64,000 nt of DNA from Prorocentrum cordatum (lineage: Eukaryota): positions 1 to 64,000 of the forward strand of contig CAUYUJ010000147.1 in the NCBI GenBank assembly GCA_963575745.1, given 5' to 3'. This document shows, piece by piece, positions 40,114 to 52,234 of the stretch (position 1 is the first letter of the stretch; each line of letters opens with the position of its first letter). The notes beneath the pieces were generated by a model. That model saw nothing but the letters and a program-made list of their open reading frames with translations. It was not told where the DNA came from and made no database searches. The position numbers and the translations under genes were made by a program.

Positions 40114-40621
40114 CATTGTTTGTTGCTTTCTCGCCTTTTCGCTCTTGGAGCCGTCTTGGGCCATCTTGAACTCTCTTGGGGCCTCTTGGGGGTCTCTTGG
40201 CAGCCTCTTAGAGGCTTCTTGGGGGCCTCTTGGGGTCTCTCGGGGCCCTCTTGGGGCGCTCTTGGGGCGCTCTTGGGAGCCATCGGGGCGCTCTTGGGGC
40301 CATCTTGGAGGAGATCTATCAAAGAAGGGGGGAGCTCCAATTAGGGTTGCCCCTCTAGAGTGCCTCGAAGCGCCTCTTGGCCCCCCCAAGAGGCCAAAAT
40401 CCTTCCAAAACCTAAGGAAAATCAATGTTTTGTGCTTTCTCGCCTTTTCGCTCTTGGAGCCGTCTTGAGCCATCTTGGGCGTCCCTGACACCTCGCGAGA
40501 CGCCTCGTCCAGGTCAGTGGGGAGGGGTAAGGGGAGGGGTAAACCCCCCCCCGAAGGGAAAGAAGGGGGGTTGGCAGAGGAAACGCTCTAGACCACCTAC
40601 GCCCTAAAGGGCTGGTGGGAT

Positions 40622-40622
<1 letters not shown>

Positions 40623-40657
<35 letters not shown>

Positions 40658-40739
40658 GGCGGCGACTACTACTACTATTACTGCTGATGCCGCTACTACC
40701 ACTCCTACTACTACTACAACTACTAGCTATTACTAGCTG

Positions 40740-40799
<60 letters not shown>

Positions 40800-40829
40800 T
40801 TACTCATACTACTGTTATCGCTACTACCT

Positions 40830-40895
<66 letters not shown>

Positions 40896-40899
40896 ATAA

Positions 40900-40934
<35 letters not shown>

Positions 40935-41185
40935 GACTTCACTATTTCTACTACTACTACCACTACTACTACTAGGACGCATAGTCCAGAGTAGTAGCAC
41001 TACCACTACTACGTTACTACTACTACTACTGCTACTACTACTACTACTACTCGACTTCACTATTTCTACTACTACTACCACTACTACTACTACTAGGACG
41101 CATAGTCCAGAGTAGTAGCACTACTACTACTACTACGTTACTACTACTACTACTACTGCTACTACTACTACTACTACTGCTGATA

Positions 41186-41222
<37 letters not shown>

Positions 41223-41416
41223 GACGACGACTACTACTACTACTACTACTACTACTATCAGCGTTATCCCTACCACTACGACTCCTAGTATTGCTACTAC
41301 GAGTGCTCCTGTTATTCTTGTTTCTACCCCTACGAGTATGAGTGCGATTGCGACCACTACGACTTGTATTACTACTACGGTACCACTACTCCTGCTACTC
41401 CTACTACTACTACTAT

Positions 41417-41452
<36 letters not shown>

Positions 41453-41555
41453 GACGATCTACTACTATTACTACTAGTACCACTACTACTACTAGTACCA
41501 CTACTACTACTACTACGACTACTGCTATTACTACGACTACTACTACTACTACTAG

Positions 41556-41588
<33 letters not shown>

Positions 41589-41596
41589 GACTACTA

Positions 41597-41628
<32 letters not shown>

Positions 41629-41700
41629 GCTACTACTACTCCTAGTACTACTACTACTGCTTACAGCTACTACGGGTGCTACTACTACTACGACTACTAT

Positions 41701-41735
<35 letters not shown>

Positions 41736-41762
41736 GTGCTACTACTACTGCTGCTGATGCTG

Positions 41763-41813
<51 letters not shown>

Positions 41814-41815
41814 TC
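40623..41815. repeat. (TAC)n microsatellite with a higher-order ~120-bp unit
   Basis: CTCGACTTCACTATTTCTACTAC...AGGACGCATAGTCCAGAGTAG occurs at ~40932 and ~41050, and again at ~44329. Confidence 0.9.
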
Positions 41816-41879
41816 GTACTACAAGGCACCGCGATACATGCATTTCTATATAATCAGAACGGCGCTAGCACGAAAACGT

Positions 41880-43374
41880 AATCCCACCAGCCCTTTAGGG
41901 CGTAGGTGGTCTAGAGCGTTTCCTCTGCCAACCCCCCTTCTTTCCCTTCGGGGAGGGGTTTACCCCTCCCCTTACCCCTCCCCACTGACCTGGAAGAGGC
42001 GTCTCGCGAGGTGTCAGGGCGCCCAAGATGGCTCAAGACGGCTCCAAGAGCGAAAAAGCGAGAAAGCACAAAACATTGATTCTACCTAGGTTTTGGAAGG
42101 ATTTTGGCCTCTTGGGGGGGGCCCAAGAGGCGCTTCGAGGCACTCTAGAGGGGCAACCCTAATTGGAGCTCCCCCCTTCTTTGATAGATCTCCTCCAAGA
42201 TGGCCCCAAGAGCGCCCCGAAGGCTCCCAAGAGCGCCCCAAGAGCGCCCCAAGAGGGCCCCAAGAGACCCCAAGAGGCCCCCAAGAAGCCTCCAAGAGGC
42301 TGCCAAGAGAACCCCAAGAGGCCCCAAGAGAGTCCAAGATGGCCCAAGACGGCTCCAAGAGCGAAAAGGCGAGAAAACAGAAAACATTGATGTTATCTAG
42401 GTTTTGGAAGGATTTTGGCCTCTTGGGGGGCCCAAGAGGCGACTCGAGGCACTCTAGAGGGGCAACGCTAATTGGGGACCCCCTCTTCTTTGATCGATCT
42501 CCTCCAAGATGGCCCCAAGAGCGCCCCGAAGGCTCCCAAGAGCGCCCCAAGAGCGCCCCAAGAGCGCCCCAATAGGCCCCAAGAGGCGCCCAAGAGGCCT
42601 CCAAAAGGCTCCCAAGAGACCTCCAAGAGGCCCAAGAGGCTCCCAAGACGGCCCAAGACGGCACCAAGAGCGAAAAGGCGAGAAAACACAAAACATTGAT
42701 TTTACCTAGGTTTTGGAAAGATTTTGGCCTCAAGAAGGGCCCAAGAAGCGATTCGAGGCACTCTAGAGGGGCAGCGCTAATTGAGGACCCCCCCTTCTTT
42801 GATAGATCTCCTTCAAGATGGCCCCAAGACCGCCTCGAAGGCTCCCAAGAGCGCCCCAAGAGAGCCCCAAGAGGCCCCAAGAGGCCCCCAAGAGGCCTCC
42901 AAGAGGCCCCCAAGAGACCCCCCAAGAGGCCACAAGAGGCTCCCCGAGATACGCAAGAGGCCCCCGGGACCGCCAAGAGGCTCCAAAGACGGCCCAAGAG
43001 GCCCCCAAGCTCGCCATTGTCCTCCTCCTCCTCTTTTTCTTCCTCCTCCCTCCTCCCCCTCCCCCTCCTCCTCCTCCTCCTCCTCCTCCTCCTCCTTTTC
43101 CTTTTCCTCCTTCTCGTCCCCCTCGTCCTCGCAGTCCTCCATCTCCTCCTCCTTATCTTCCTCCTCCTCCTCCTCCTGCTCCTCCTCCTGCTCCTCCTCT
43201 TCCTCCTCCTACTCCGACGACGACGACTCCTCCTACATCCTCCCCCTCTTGGGGCGTATGGCGGCTCAACCCGCTCTTTGTTCTTCTGCATGCTCCCCCG
43301 CTTCCCTCATCACCTCCACTCCCCTGGGGCTCATTTCTGGACGGGCTGGTGGGGATACGCGAAGCGTCTAGAAT
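41880..43374 (+). mobile_element. Helentron/Helitron2-like non-autonomous element, family A copy 2, apparently complete
   Basis: 5' ATCCCACCAGCCC with hairpin GCCCT-TT-AGGGC; 3' GGGCTGGTGGGGAT (43343-43356), hairpin ACGC-GAA-GCGT, then CTAGAAT. Three internal ~310-bp units built from CCAAGA repeats (42045, 42356, 42664). Confidence 0.78.
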
Positions 43375-43800
43375 TGTGAAAACCCAATGTAAACTTCATT
43401 CTCAGATGTTCAGAGGTGGCCATATACATGTGGAATACCCCCCACGCTACGCTGGGGTCTACGCGCGCGCGCGATCGCGCGCGCCAGACAGCCGACGCCC
43501 TCGCATGGTTTTTCTGATGCAATGGAAGCGATGTTAACTCGGAAACTCACTGTTGAAAACCCAATGTAAAACTTCATTCTCGGGTTTTAAGAGGCGGCCG
43601 TATGAGTGTGGACTGTGCGCAACTCTACTACGCGCGCGCGCATGAAAGCCCACGCCGTTGCACCGTTTTGGTGCAATGGAAGCGATGGCAGCTCAGAAAC
43701 ACAATGGTGAAAACCCAATGTAAAATTTCATTGTCCGGTTTTAACATGCGGTCATGTGAATGTGGCGCGTGCGAAACTCTACGCACCTTAGCGGGGCGCT
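43375..43800. repeat. ~155-177 bp tandem repeat (GAAAACCCAATGTAAA core, three copies)
   Basis: The core occurs at ~43378, ~43555 and ~43710. Confidence 0.8.
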
Positions 43801-43929
43801 GCCGCGCGCGCGGCGGCGCGCCTCCGAGCTTCGCTATGCGTCTGTTTCGCTTGAGATCTTCAGCTCTGTATTATAAACATATAAAAAGCCGACGCGTCCC
43901 TTCATTATTAATGAATTTGAAATATATGC

Positions 43930-44043
43930 AACTACTACTACCATTACTGACACTACTACTTTTTCTTCTGCTGCCACCGTTACATGTACTTCATCCTCTA
44001 GTACCACTACCACTACTACTATTACTACCTCTACTACTACTAT

Positions 44044-44135
<92 letters not shown>

Positions 44136-44262
44136 ACACCACAACAATGCTTCCTATTCTATAATGCTACTGATGCTGTCGTTGCTGCTGCTGCTGCTGC
44201 TAGCGCTACTACTACTGCTGGGAGTACTACTACTACTCATACTACTGTTATCGCTACTACCT

Positions 44263-44331
<69 letters not shown>

Positions 44332-44455
44332 GACTTCACTATTTCTACTACTACTACCACTACTACTACTAGGACGCATAGTCCAGAGTAGTAACACTAC
44401 TACTACTACTACGTTACTACTACTACTACTACTACTACTGCTACCACTACTACTA

Positions 44456-44489
<34 letters not shown>

Positions 44490-44838
44490 GACTACCGCTG
44501 CTACGACTACTACTACTTCTATTACTACTTCTACTGCGACGACGACTACTACTACTACTACTACCACCAGTGCTACTACTACTACTACTATTTTCACTAT
44601 TATTACTTCTACTACTGATACTGCTACTACTATAACTACTACTACTACTGCTACTACTACTACTAACGCTAACACTAAAACTAACACTAACACCACGACC
44701 GTGCTTCCTATTATAAAGTGCTAGGCATGCTGCTGCTACTGCTACCGTCACTACTACCGTTGCTAATATTACTACTACGGGCACTACGTCTACGAGTGCT
44801 ACTATTACTACTACTACTACTACTACGACCACCACTAC

Positions 44839-44896
<58 letters not shown>

Positions 44897-45029
44897 GCTA
44901 CTATTACTACTGCTAATACTACTGCTGATACTACTACTACTACTACTACTACTGCTACTACTACTACTGCTACTACTCCTCCTACTATTACGACTACGAC
45001 TATTACTACCATTAGTACTACTACTACTA

Positions 45030-45084
<55 letters not shown>

Positions 45085-45776
45085 GACTACTACTACGAGC
45101 GCGCGCACATAGATGGTAGTAGTAGTAGTAGTCGTAGTAGTAGTAGTCGCGGTACTAATAGTAGTAGTAGTAGTAGTAATAGTAGTAGTAGTAATAGTAG
45201 CAGTGCCGGCAACAATAGCCATAGCAGCAGCAGTGGCCAGCTCTCCCCCTCCAAGCCCTCCACCAACACTTCCCCCCTGCCCTGCATCCCCCCCCCCCCC
45301 CCTCCCCCTGCACTTCTCCACTGCGTAGTCCGCCAGCGTGTTGTCGACGTCGCGCGTCGATTTAGGCCCCAGCGCCTGCGGAGGAGAGCGGGGGGATGGC
45401 ATATAGACAAAGGCAGGGCGAGCGGGAGAGTGCGTATGTGAGGGCGCGTGTTTGTGTTAGTGAGGGTGCGAATTCGCGGGGCTGGCGCGGGCCGGTGCCA
45501 GTGGTGGCGCGTGTTAATATGAGCGCTAGTGTTCGTGTAAGTGCGGGTTGTGTTGGCGTCGGTGCGTTCGGATTGTGTGCGTGTTAAAGTCAGTGGCAGT
45601 GCTTCTCGTACTGTGGTGGTGGGGAAAGGTGGCAATTGTGCGACTTAGTGCTAGCGCGAGTTAGTGTTAGTAGTGTTGGCGTTAGTCTTCGTGGTGATGT
45701 TAGTGGGATGGCTAATGCATTCGTGGTAGTCGGATGGGTAGTAGTAGTAGTAGAAGTAGTAGTAGCAGCGGTAGTC

Positions 45777-45873
<97 letters not shown>

Positions 45874-45896
45874 CAGTAGCAGTAGCAGTAGCAGTT

Positions 45897-45946
<50 letters not shown>

Positions 45947-45955
45947 CGTAGTAGT
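43930..45955. repeat. (TAC)n/(TAG)n microsatellite fields
   Basis: Read directly from the sequence; strand switch near 45095-45115. Confidence 0.9.
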
Positions 45956-48900
45956 ACACTATTTGCTGCTGTCGTTAAGGCGGAGGGAGGCACGATGAGA
46001 AAGAGGTTAAGGAGAAGTAAAACAACCATAGGCCAGAGGACAACTAGTAGCTCTCATCGTGGGAGTGCGCGTGCGTGGGGCAGTCATTATTAGAGTGTTA
46101 TTGTGTCTCGCGGGCCTCCCCCCTGAACCCCCACCCCCCCAGACAGTTCGAATCAATAGTTGCCCTCGTCACCGCGCGAGGGGCCGATGCCGATCGGATC
46201 CGTCAAGCCGCTGCCAATCCGTCAAGCCGCTGCCAATTCTCGAGGCTGCAGCGGCGACAACGCGCAATCATCGGTCCGAGGAGGACGAGGAGGAGGAGGA
46301 GGAGGAGGAGGAGGAGGAGGAGGAGCTAGGGCAGGAGGAGGAGGAGGAGCGAGGGAGGAGGGGAAGGGAGAGGAGAAGGAGGAGGATGAGGAGGAGGAAG
46401 AGCGAGGGGTGCACTACTTCCTGCTTCTCTGAGGCCTGAAGGGCCAGGGAGGGCGGGTAGACCAGGGGATCAGGAGCAAGTCTGGCCTCGGAGCGTTCAT
46501 TTTCGGCTCGACGCGCTCAGCGTCGAATGTCACGCGCGGGAGGGGGGGGGGGCCCTGTCTCGATGCCGGCTGTCGCCTTCCTTTGCTGCCTCCTCCTGGC
46601 CTCCTCCTCCTGCTCCTCCTCCTCCTCGAGCACCGCCTCGAGCCCCCCCTCCCACTCCTCCCACTCCTCCTCCTCCTCCTGCTCCTCCTCCTCCTCCTCC
46701 TCATCCTCCTTCTTGGTTCTGATCCTCCTCCTTCTTGGTTCCGTCTTGCCCCTCCTGGGGCTCTCCTAAGACCTGAGGTCCACCGCGCGGCGCCCTCGGC
46801 CACGGCGCCCGCGCCCACGGTCGCGGCGCCCTCGTCGCCCACCTCAGGAGGAAGTGGGATGGGGGCCAGGAGGAGGAGGAAGAGGAAGACTGGATGAGAG
46901 GGGGAGGAGGCGGATGCGGAGGAGGAGGAAGAGGATGAGAAAGAGGGACGAGGGACAGGAGGATGAGGAGGAGAAAGAGGAGGAGGAGGAGGAGGAGGAG
47001 GAGGAGGAGGAGGAGGAGGAGGAGGAGGAGGAGGAGGAGGGGGAAGAGGAGGAGGAGGAGGAGGAGGAGTTGAGGAGAGATCCGAGGAGGCTCGAAGCAG
47101 GAGGCAAGAGCAGAAACAGGAGGAGATCGAGGGACATGTGAGACGTGGAGGAGGGGCAAGATGATGAGGAGGGCACCCGCAGACGGAAGCAACGTAATCG
47201 TCGCGGAAGCCGTAGCACATCTGCTTGTCGACCGTGCGGGCCTCCTCGATCTTCTTCTTCGGGGCCTTGCGGGACGGTGCTTAAGACCGCTCGGGGGCCT
47301 CCAGTTCGGGAAACAGCGGCATCCAGGACCCTTCAGTGGGAAACCTCATCCTCGTCCTCGTCCTCATCCTCCTCGTCTTCCTCATCCCCCTCACCCTCCC
47401 TCTCCTCCTTCCCCTCCCTCTCCTCCTCCTACTCCTCATCCTCCTCCCACCTCCTCCCTCCTTCCTCCTCCTCCTCCTCCTCCTCCTCCTCCCTCACCTT
47501 ACCTCATCCCCCTGCTTCGCCTCCTTCTCCTTCCCTCCTGCCTCCTGCTCCTCCTCCTCCTTCCTCCTCCTCCTCCTCCTTCCTCTTCGACCCTCCTCTT
47601 CCTCATGTTTGCCCGCTGGGGCCATCATGCAGATGAACGATTTCTTGGCCAGCGCCTCGGGCCCGCCGCCGTCGTCATCCCACGTGCTGTCTGTCACGGA
47701 GACCAGCTGGAGCGCCTTCCCCGTGGGGAGCTTCTTGTAGTACAGGCACGAGATCGCTTCGGAGGACCTCCTGGGAGGATGGAGGGGAATCATACGGAGG
47801 AAGGAGGACCAGTGGGTTCATGGAGACGACGCGGGGAGAAGGGAGGGATGGGGAGAACTTGGAGGAGGAGGAGGAGGATGAGGAGGAGGAGGAGGAGGAG
47901 GAGGAGGAGGAGTGAGAGGGTTGAGAAGGAGACGGGGAAGGAGAAGGAGGACGAGGAGGAGGAGAAAGACGATGAGGATGGAGGAGGAGGAGAGGAGGAT
48001 GAAGGAAGATACGTAACGGGGAAGGGTGAGGAGGAGCACGCATGATAATGGTTGGTGCAGCTCCTCCTGTAAGTGATCATGTAGTCGGCGCCAGCGCCGT
48101 TCCCCACCGCGGCTGCGAAGCTGACGGGCTTGCGGAGGCCTGCGCTGTGTTCCCCCCTCCTGGCCTCCAGTCCCCTCCTCTTCCTCCTCCTCCTTCTCCT
48201 CCTCCTCTTTCTCTCCTTCTCATCCTCCCTCTCCTCCTCCTCCTCCCCCTCCTCCTCCTCCTCCTCCTCCTCCTCCTCCTCTATTTCCCCTCCTTCTCCT
48301 CCTCCTCCTCCTCTCCCTCCTCCCCCTCCTTCGCCTCCCACTTCAGTCATTGTCTTCACCTCCTTGATCTTTCTCATCATCCTTCGTGCTGCTTCCAACT
48401 GATCCCGCGCCTGCGTCGTCATCGGGCCCCTCCTCCTGCTGGCCGCCGCCCTCGAGCTCCTTGACGCCAGGCTCCTCCTGCTGGTCGCCGCCCTCGAGAT
48501 CCTCAGGCTCCTCCTGCTGGCCGCCGTCGTCGATGACGATCTCGTCCTCAGGCTCCTCCTGCTGGCAGCCGTCCTCGATGCCGATCTCGTCAGGCTCCTC
48601 CTGCTGGCCGCCGTCCTCGATGCCGACCTCTTCCTCAGGCTCCTCCTGCTGGCCGCCGTCCATGATGCCCTCGTCCTCAGGCTCCTCCTGCTGGCCGCCG
48701 TTCTCGATGCCGACCTCGGGCCCCTTGCCGCCGTCCTCGATGCCGACCTCATCGGGCCCCTTGCCGCCGTCCTCGATGCCGACCTCCACGGGCTCCGTCG
48801 CCGCGGCCGCGCCCTTCTTCTTTGCCGTTGGGGAGGAGCAGGGGGGAAAGACGATGAAGGAGGAATGAGGAGGGCTCGGAGGAGACGAGAGCAGAACGGA

Positions 48901-48971
48901 GGAGGAGAGGAGGATGAAGGAGGAGGGGGAGCATGAGAAGAGAAGGAGGAGAAGGAGGATGCTGATGATGG

Positions 48972-49004
<33 letters not shown>

Positions 49005-50380
49005 GGAGGATGAGGAGGAGGAGGAGGACGACGAGGGGCGGAAGAGGAAGGATGAGGAGCAGGAGCAGGAGGAGAAGGAGGAGGAGGATGAGGAGCAGGA
49101 GCAGGGGCATGAGCAAGGGGCACGGAGCATGAGGAGGAGGAGGAGGAGAGGAGGAGGAGGAGGTGGTGCTTGTGTCGCTGCCGCGGCCGCAGGGCGTTTC
49201 ATGGCGGCTGCTGGCCGCCGCGCGCCACGCCCTGCGCCGCTGCCGCGCCCTGCGCCGCGCGCGGCGCCGCAGACCGTGGGCAGGTCTAGCTCCTCCTGCT
49301 TCACGTGCTGGGCCTTGGGCGTCCTGGGGCTGCGCTTCTCGCTGGCGCGCTTCTGCACTGCGCTCCTGTGGGGAGGAGGGGGCAGGAGAAGGACGAGGAG
49401 GATAAGGCGGATGAGGAGCAGGAGGAACGAGGAGAATGAGGAGGAGGAGGAGGGGGGGGAGGAGGAGGGAGGAGGAGGAGGAGGAGGAGGAGGAATGAAG
49501 AGGAGGAGGAGGAGGAGGAGGAATGAGGAAGAGGAGGGGGAGAAGGAGGAGGAAGAGGAGAAGGAGGGTCGATGGATCGACCGATCGATCCAGAAATGAG
49601 TGGATCGACCGATCGATCCATCGATCGACCGACTATCGATCGATCCGTCGATCGACCGACTATGGATCGATCAGTCGATCAACCGAACTACACACAGATT
49701 GACCTCCTCGCCCCCCTCGTCCTGCTCTTCCCCTTCCTCGTTCTCCTCCCGTCTCCTCTTACTTACCCTTCCGCATCCTCTCTTCCTCCTCCCTCATCCT
49801 TGCTTCCTGCTCCTCTTGCTCCCTCCTCTTGTTCCATCTTCCTCTCCTCATTCCCATCATGTCTTCATCCCTCCAGTCCTCTTCCGCTTCCCATAACCGA
49901 GCAGCGACCTGAGGAACGGGATAGTCGCCATCTGTGATCCACGGCCAGCACTCTTCGCCGCGACCAGCTGCTGCTCGATGTGTTCGTGCATCTGAGTCTG
50001 GTCGACCTCGCCTGCGTGCACCTTCGACTCTACCCGACACTTCTTGATCGCCATCCTCCTCAGTCCTGCCTGGCTGCTCTCCTGTCTTCTTGTCCGTCGT
50101 CCTCCTTCCTCCGCGCTTACGCCACCTCCCTCCTCCTCACCCTCTTGTCCTCCTCCGTCCTTCCTATCCCTCCTGCGCCTCCTCCTCCTTCAACTCCTCC
50201 TCGTTCCATCGTCCTCCTGCTTTACCTTCTCCACCATCATCCTCATCCCCTCGTCCCCCTCCTGCCCCCAGCACCTGTCTCAACATAACCTTCAAGTTCT
50301 CCGACGTGAGCTCCTCCTCGTCGTCCGTGTCGTACGGGAACGGGTACTGCTCGTCCGTGTCCGCCTCGCTGGCAAGTTGC

Positions 50381-50448
50381 TTGAACACAGAATATGTTGA
50401 GCTTTCAACAGATTCTGTGTTCAACACTAGTGTTGAACACAGAATCTG
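50381..50448. repeat. Triple inverted repeat including a perfect 40-bp palindrome
   Basis: CAGATTCTGTGTTCAACACT|AGTGTTGAACACAGAATCTG at 50409-50448, preceded by a third arm at 50381-50400. Confidence 0.95.
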
Positions 50449-52170
50449 AATGTGGCCAGACCGAGTCGATCGACTGATGAGTCGATCGGTCGATCGATTG
50501 ATCGACAGATCCACTCACGGATTGCCTCAATCCTTCGTCCTCCTCCTCCTCCTCCTCCGCGTCCACCTTTTCCCCCCTCATTCCCCAACTCCTTCCTCGT
50601 TGTTCTCCTTCCCCCACATTTCCTTCTTCATCTTCCTCTTCCTCTTCCTCCTCCGCCTTCCTCATCATCATCCAAGTTGGTTCCCATCTCGGCCTCCTTC
50701 GGCATCTGGCTGCTGAAGCCAGCGTAGATCTGCCAGTGTGCGTGGATCGTTCGGATCGCCCTCGCCTCCAGGAACCTGAGGCTGGACGAGAAGAAATCGA
50801 TGGAACGGAAGCGGGACAATGGAGTGTGGAACGAAGGAAAGGACGAGGAAGTGCAGTAATTCGGAGAGTGAGGGCACGACTACGACGGGAGAGGACGCTA
50901 GGAATGGCGGCAAGGAGGCTCGGGGTGCGAGAAGGAAACGAGGGAGGAGCAAGAGGGGGAGGAGAGGAGAAGGGATCAGGAAGAGGATGAGGAGGAGGGA
51001 GAAGTAAGAGGAGGAGGAGTGAGAGGAGGAGGAGGATGAGGGGGAGGAAGAGGACGGAACTTGTGAGCATCCACGACTGCTTTCGTGGGCTTCCTGTTCC
51101 TGGCGTCCTCCTTCTTCAGCTTCGCCTCGAACTTCTCTTGGTGCAGTGTCGCCCACGCAGCCTGCTGACGTCCATCGGCCGATGGACTCATCAGTGGATC
51201 GATTCATCGACCCACCGATTGATCCATCGACCGATACGTCGATCGGCCGATTTACGCATCGTCCGAGGTCGTTGATCCACCTCCTCAGTCCTTCCTCCTC
51301 CCAGTCCTCCTCCTCTTCCCTCTTCCTGTTCTTCCTCCTTCCTCCATCGCGTTCCTACCTCGCCTGGCTCCTCCTGCCTTCTCGTCCTCCTCCTCCTCCT
51401 CCTCCTCCTCCTCCTCCTCCCCCTGATCCTCCTCTTCCTCCCCCTCCTCCTGTTCCTCACATGGCCTCCATCTGCTTCTGAGCGAAGCGAGCGCCCTCGC
51501 CGATCTCGTTGAGCTTCTCGCACAATGACTGCCACGGCGAGAGCTGCTCCTTGGAGGGGCGGCGGCTGTCGTACGCCGCATCGTACATGCTGTAGTGCGG
51601 GATCTCAGTCCCTTCGGATGCCAGGGGAGGGGGGGGGCGCTGAACGGGGGCGCGGCGAACACGTCCGACCTCCGACCGAACAGCCAACGGGTGATCGATG
51701 CATCACCGATGCATCATCGATCGATGCATCATCGACCGATGCATCATCGATCGATGCATCATCGATCGATGCATCATCGATCGATGCGCGATCGCCGTCG
51801 GCTTCCAAACCTCCCAATGTTCACAGTTTTCCGTTCTTCCTTCCTCTACTCCTTCAATTCCTCCGTTCCTCCTTCCTTTTCTCGCCTCCTTCCTCCTTCC
51901 TTCTTCCTTCCTCGACCTTCCTTTTTTCCTTCCTCCTCTCCTGCTTTCCTCCTTCCTCTCCTCCTTCTCGCCCTCCTTCTCCTGCCTGGCCACGTGGGCT
52001 CACGCTCTCTGCGCTGCAGCCCCGCGCTGAGCTCGGACGGGGCGATCCTCGAGCACGGCAGCCGCTTGAACGTCTTCTTCTTTTCGACGGACGCGGGCGC
52101 CGACGAGGAAGCGGGAAATGATATACATATATATATATATTATAGCAATGTTGAGAGGGATGGGTGTGAA

Positions 52171-52234
52171 GAAATGAACGAGGCATGGGGGAACCTGAAT
52201 TTAAGTTCAGGTTTCCACATGCCTCGTTCATTTC
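52171..52234. repeat. 64-bp near-perfect hairpin
   Basis: GAAATGAACGAGGCATG..AACCTGAA / TTCAGGTT..CATGCCTCGTTCATTTC. Confidence 0.9.

Larger units (their letters stand above)
36952..40622 (-). mobile_element. Helentron/Helitron2-like non-autonomous element, family A copy 1, interrupted by a family B element
   Basis: Reverse complement of 41880-43374: 3' end ATTCTAGACGCTTCGCGTATCCCCACCAGCCC at 36952, 5' end GGGCTGGTGGGATT ending at 40622. Inserted at an ATT in a (TAC)n tract. Confidence 0.75.

Noticed and set aside
42086..43537. Long overlapping ORFs (401, 227 and 239 aa)
   Set aside because: Open in several frames on both strands because of CCAAGA and CCT repeats; they lie inside a non-coding element.
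40615..46093. Poly-Y/T/L/V/S ORFs
   Set aside because: (TAC)n/(TAG)n microsatellite read-through.
47790..49358. 522-aa ORF as a single CDS
   Set aside because: Reads through microsatellite introns and translates the acidic exon in the wrong frame; better explained by spliced gene A.
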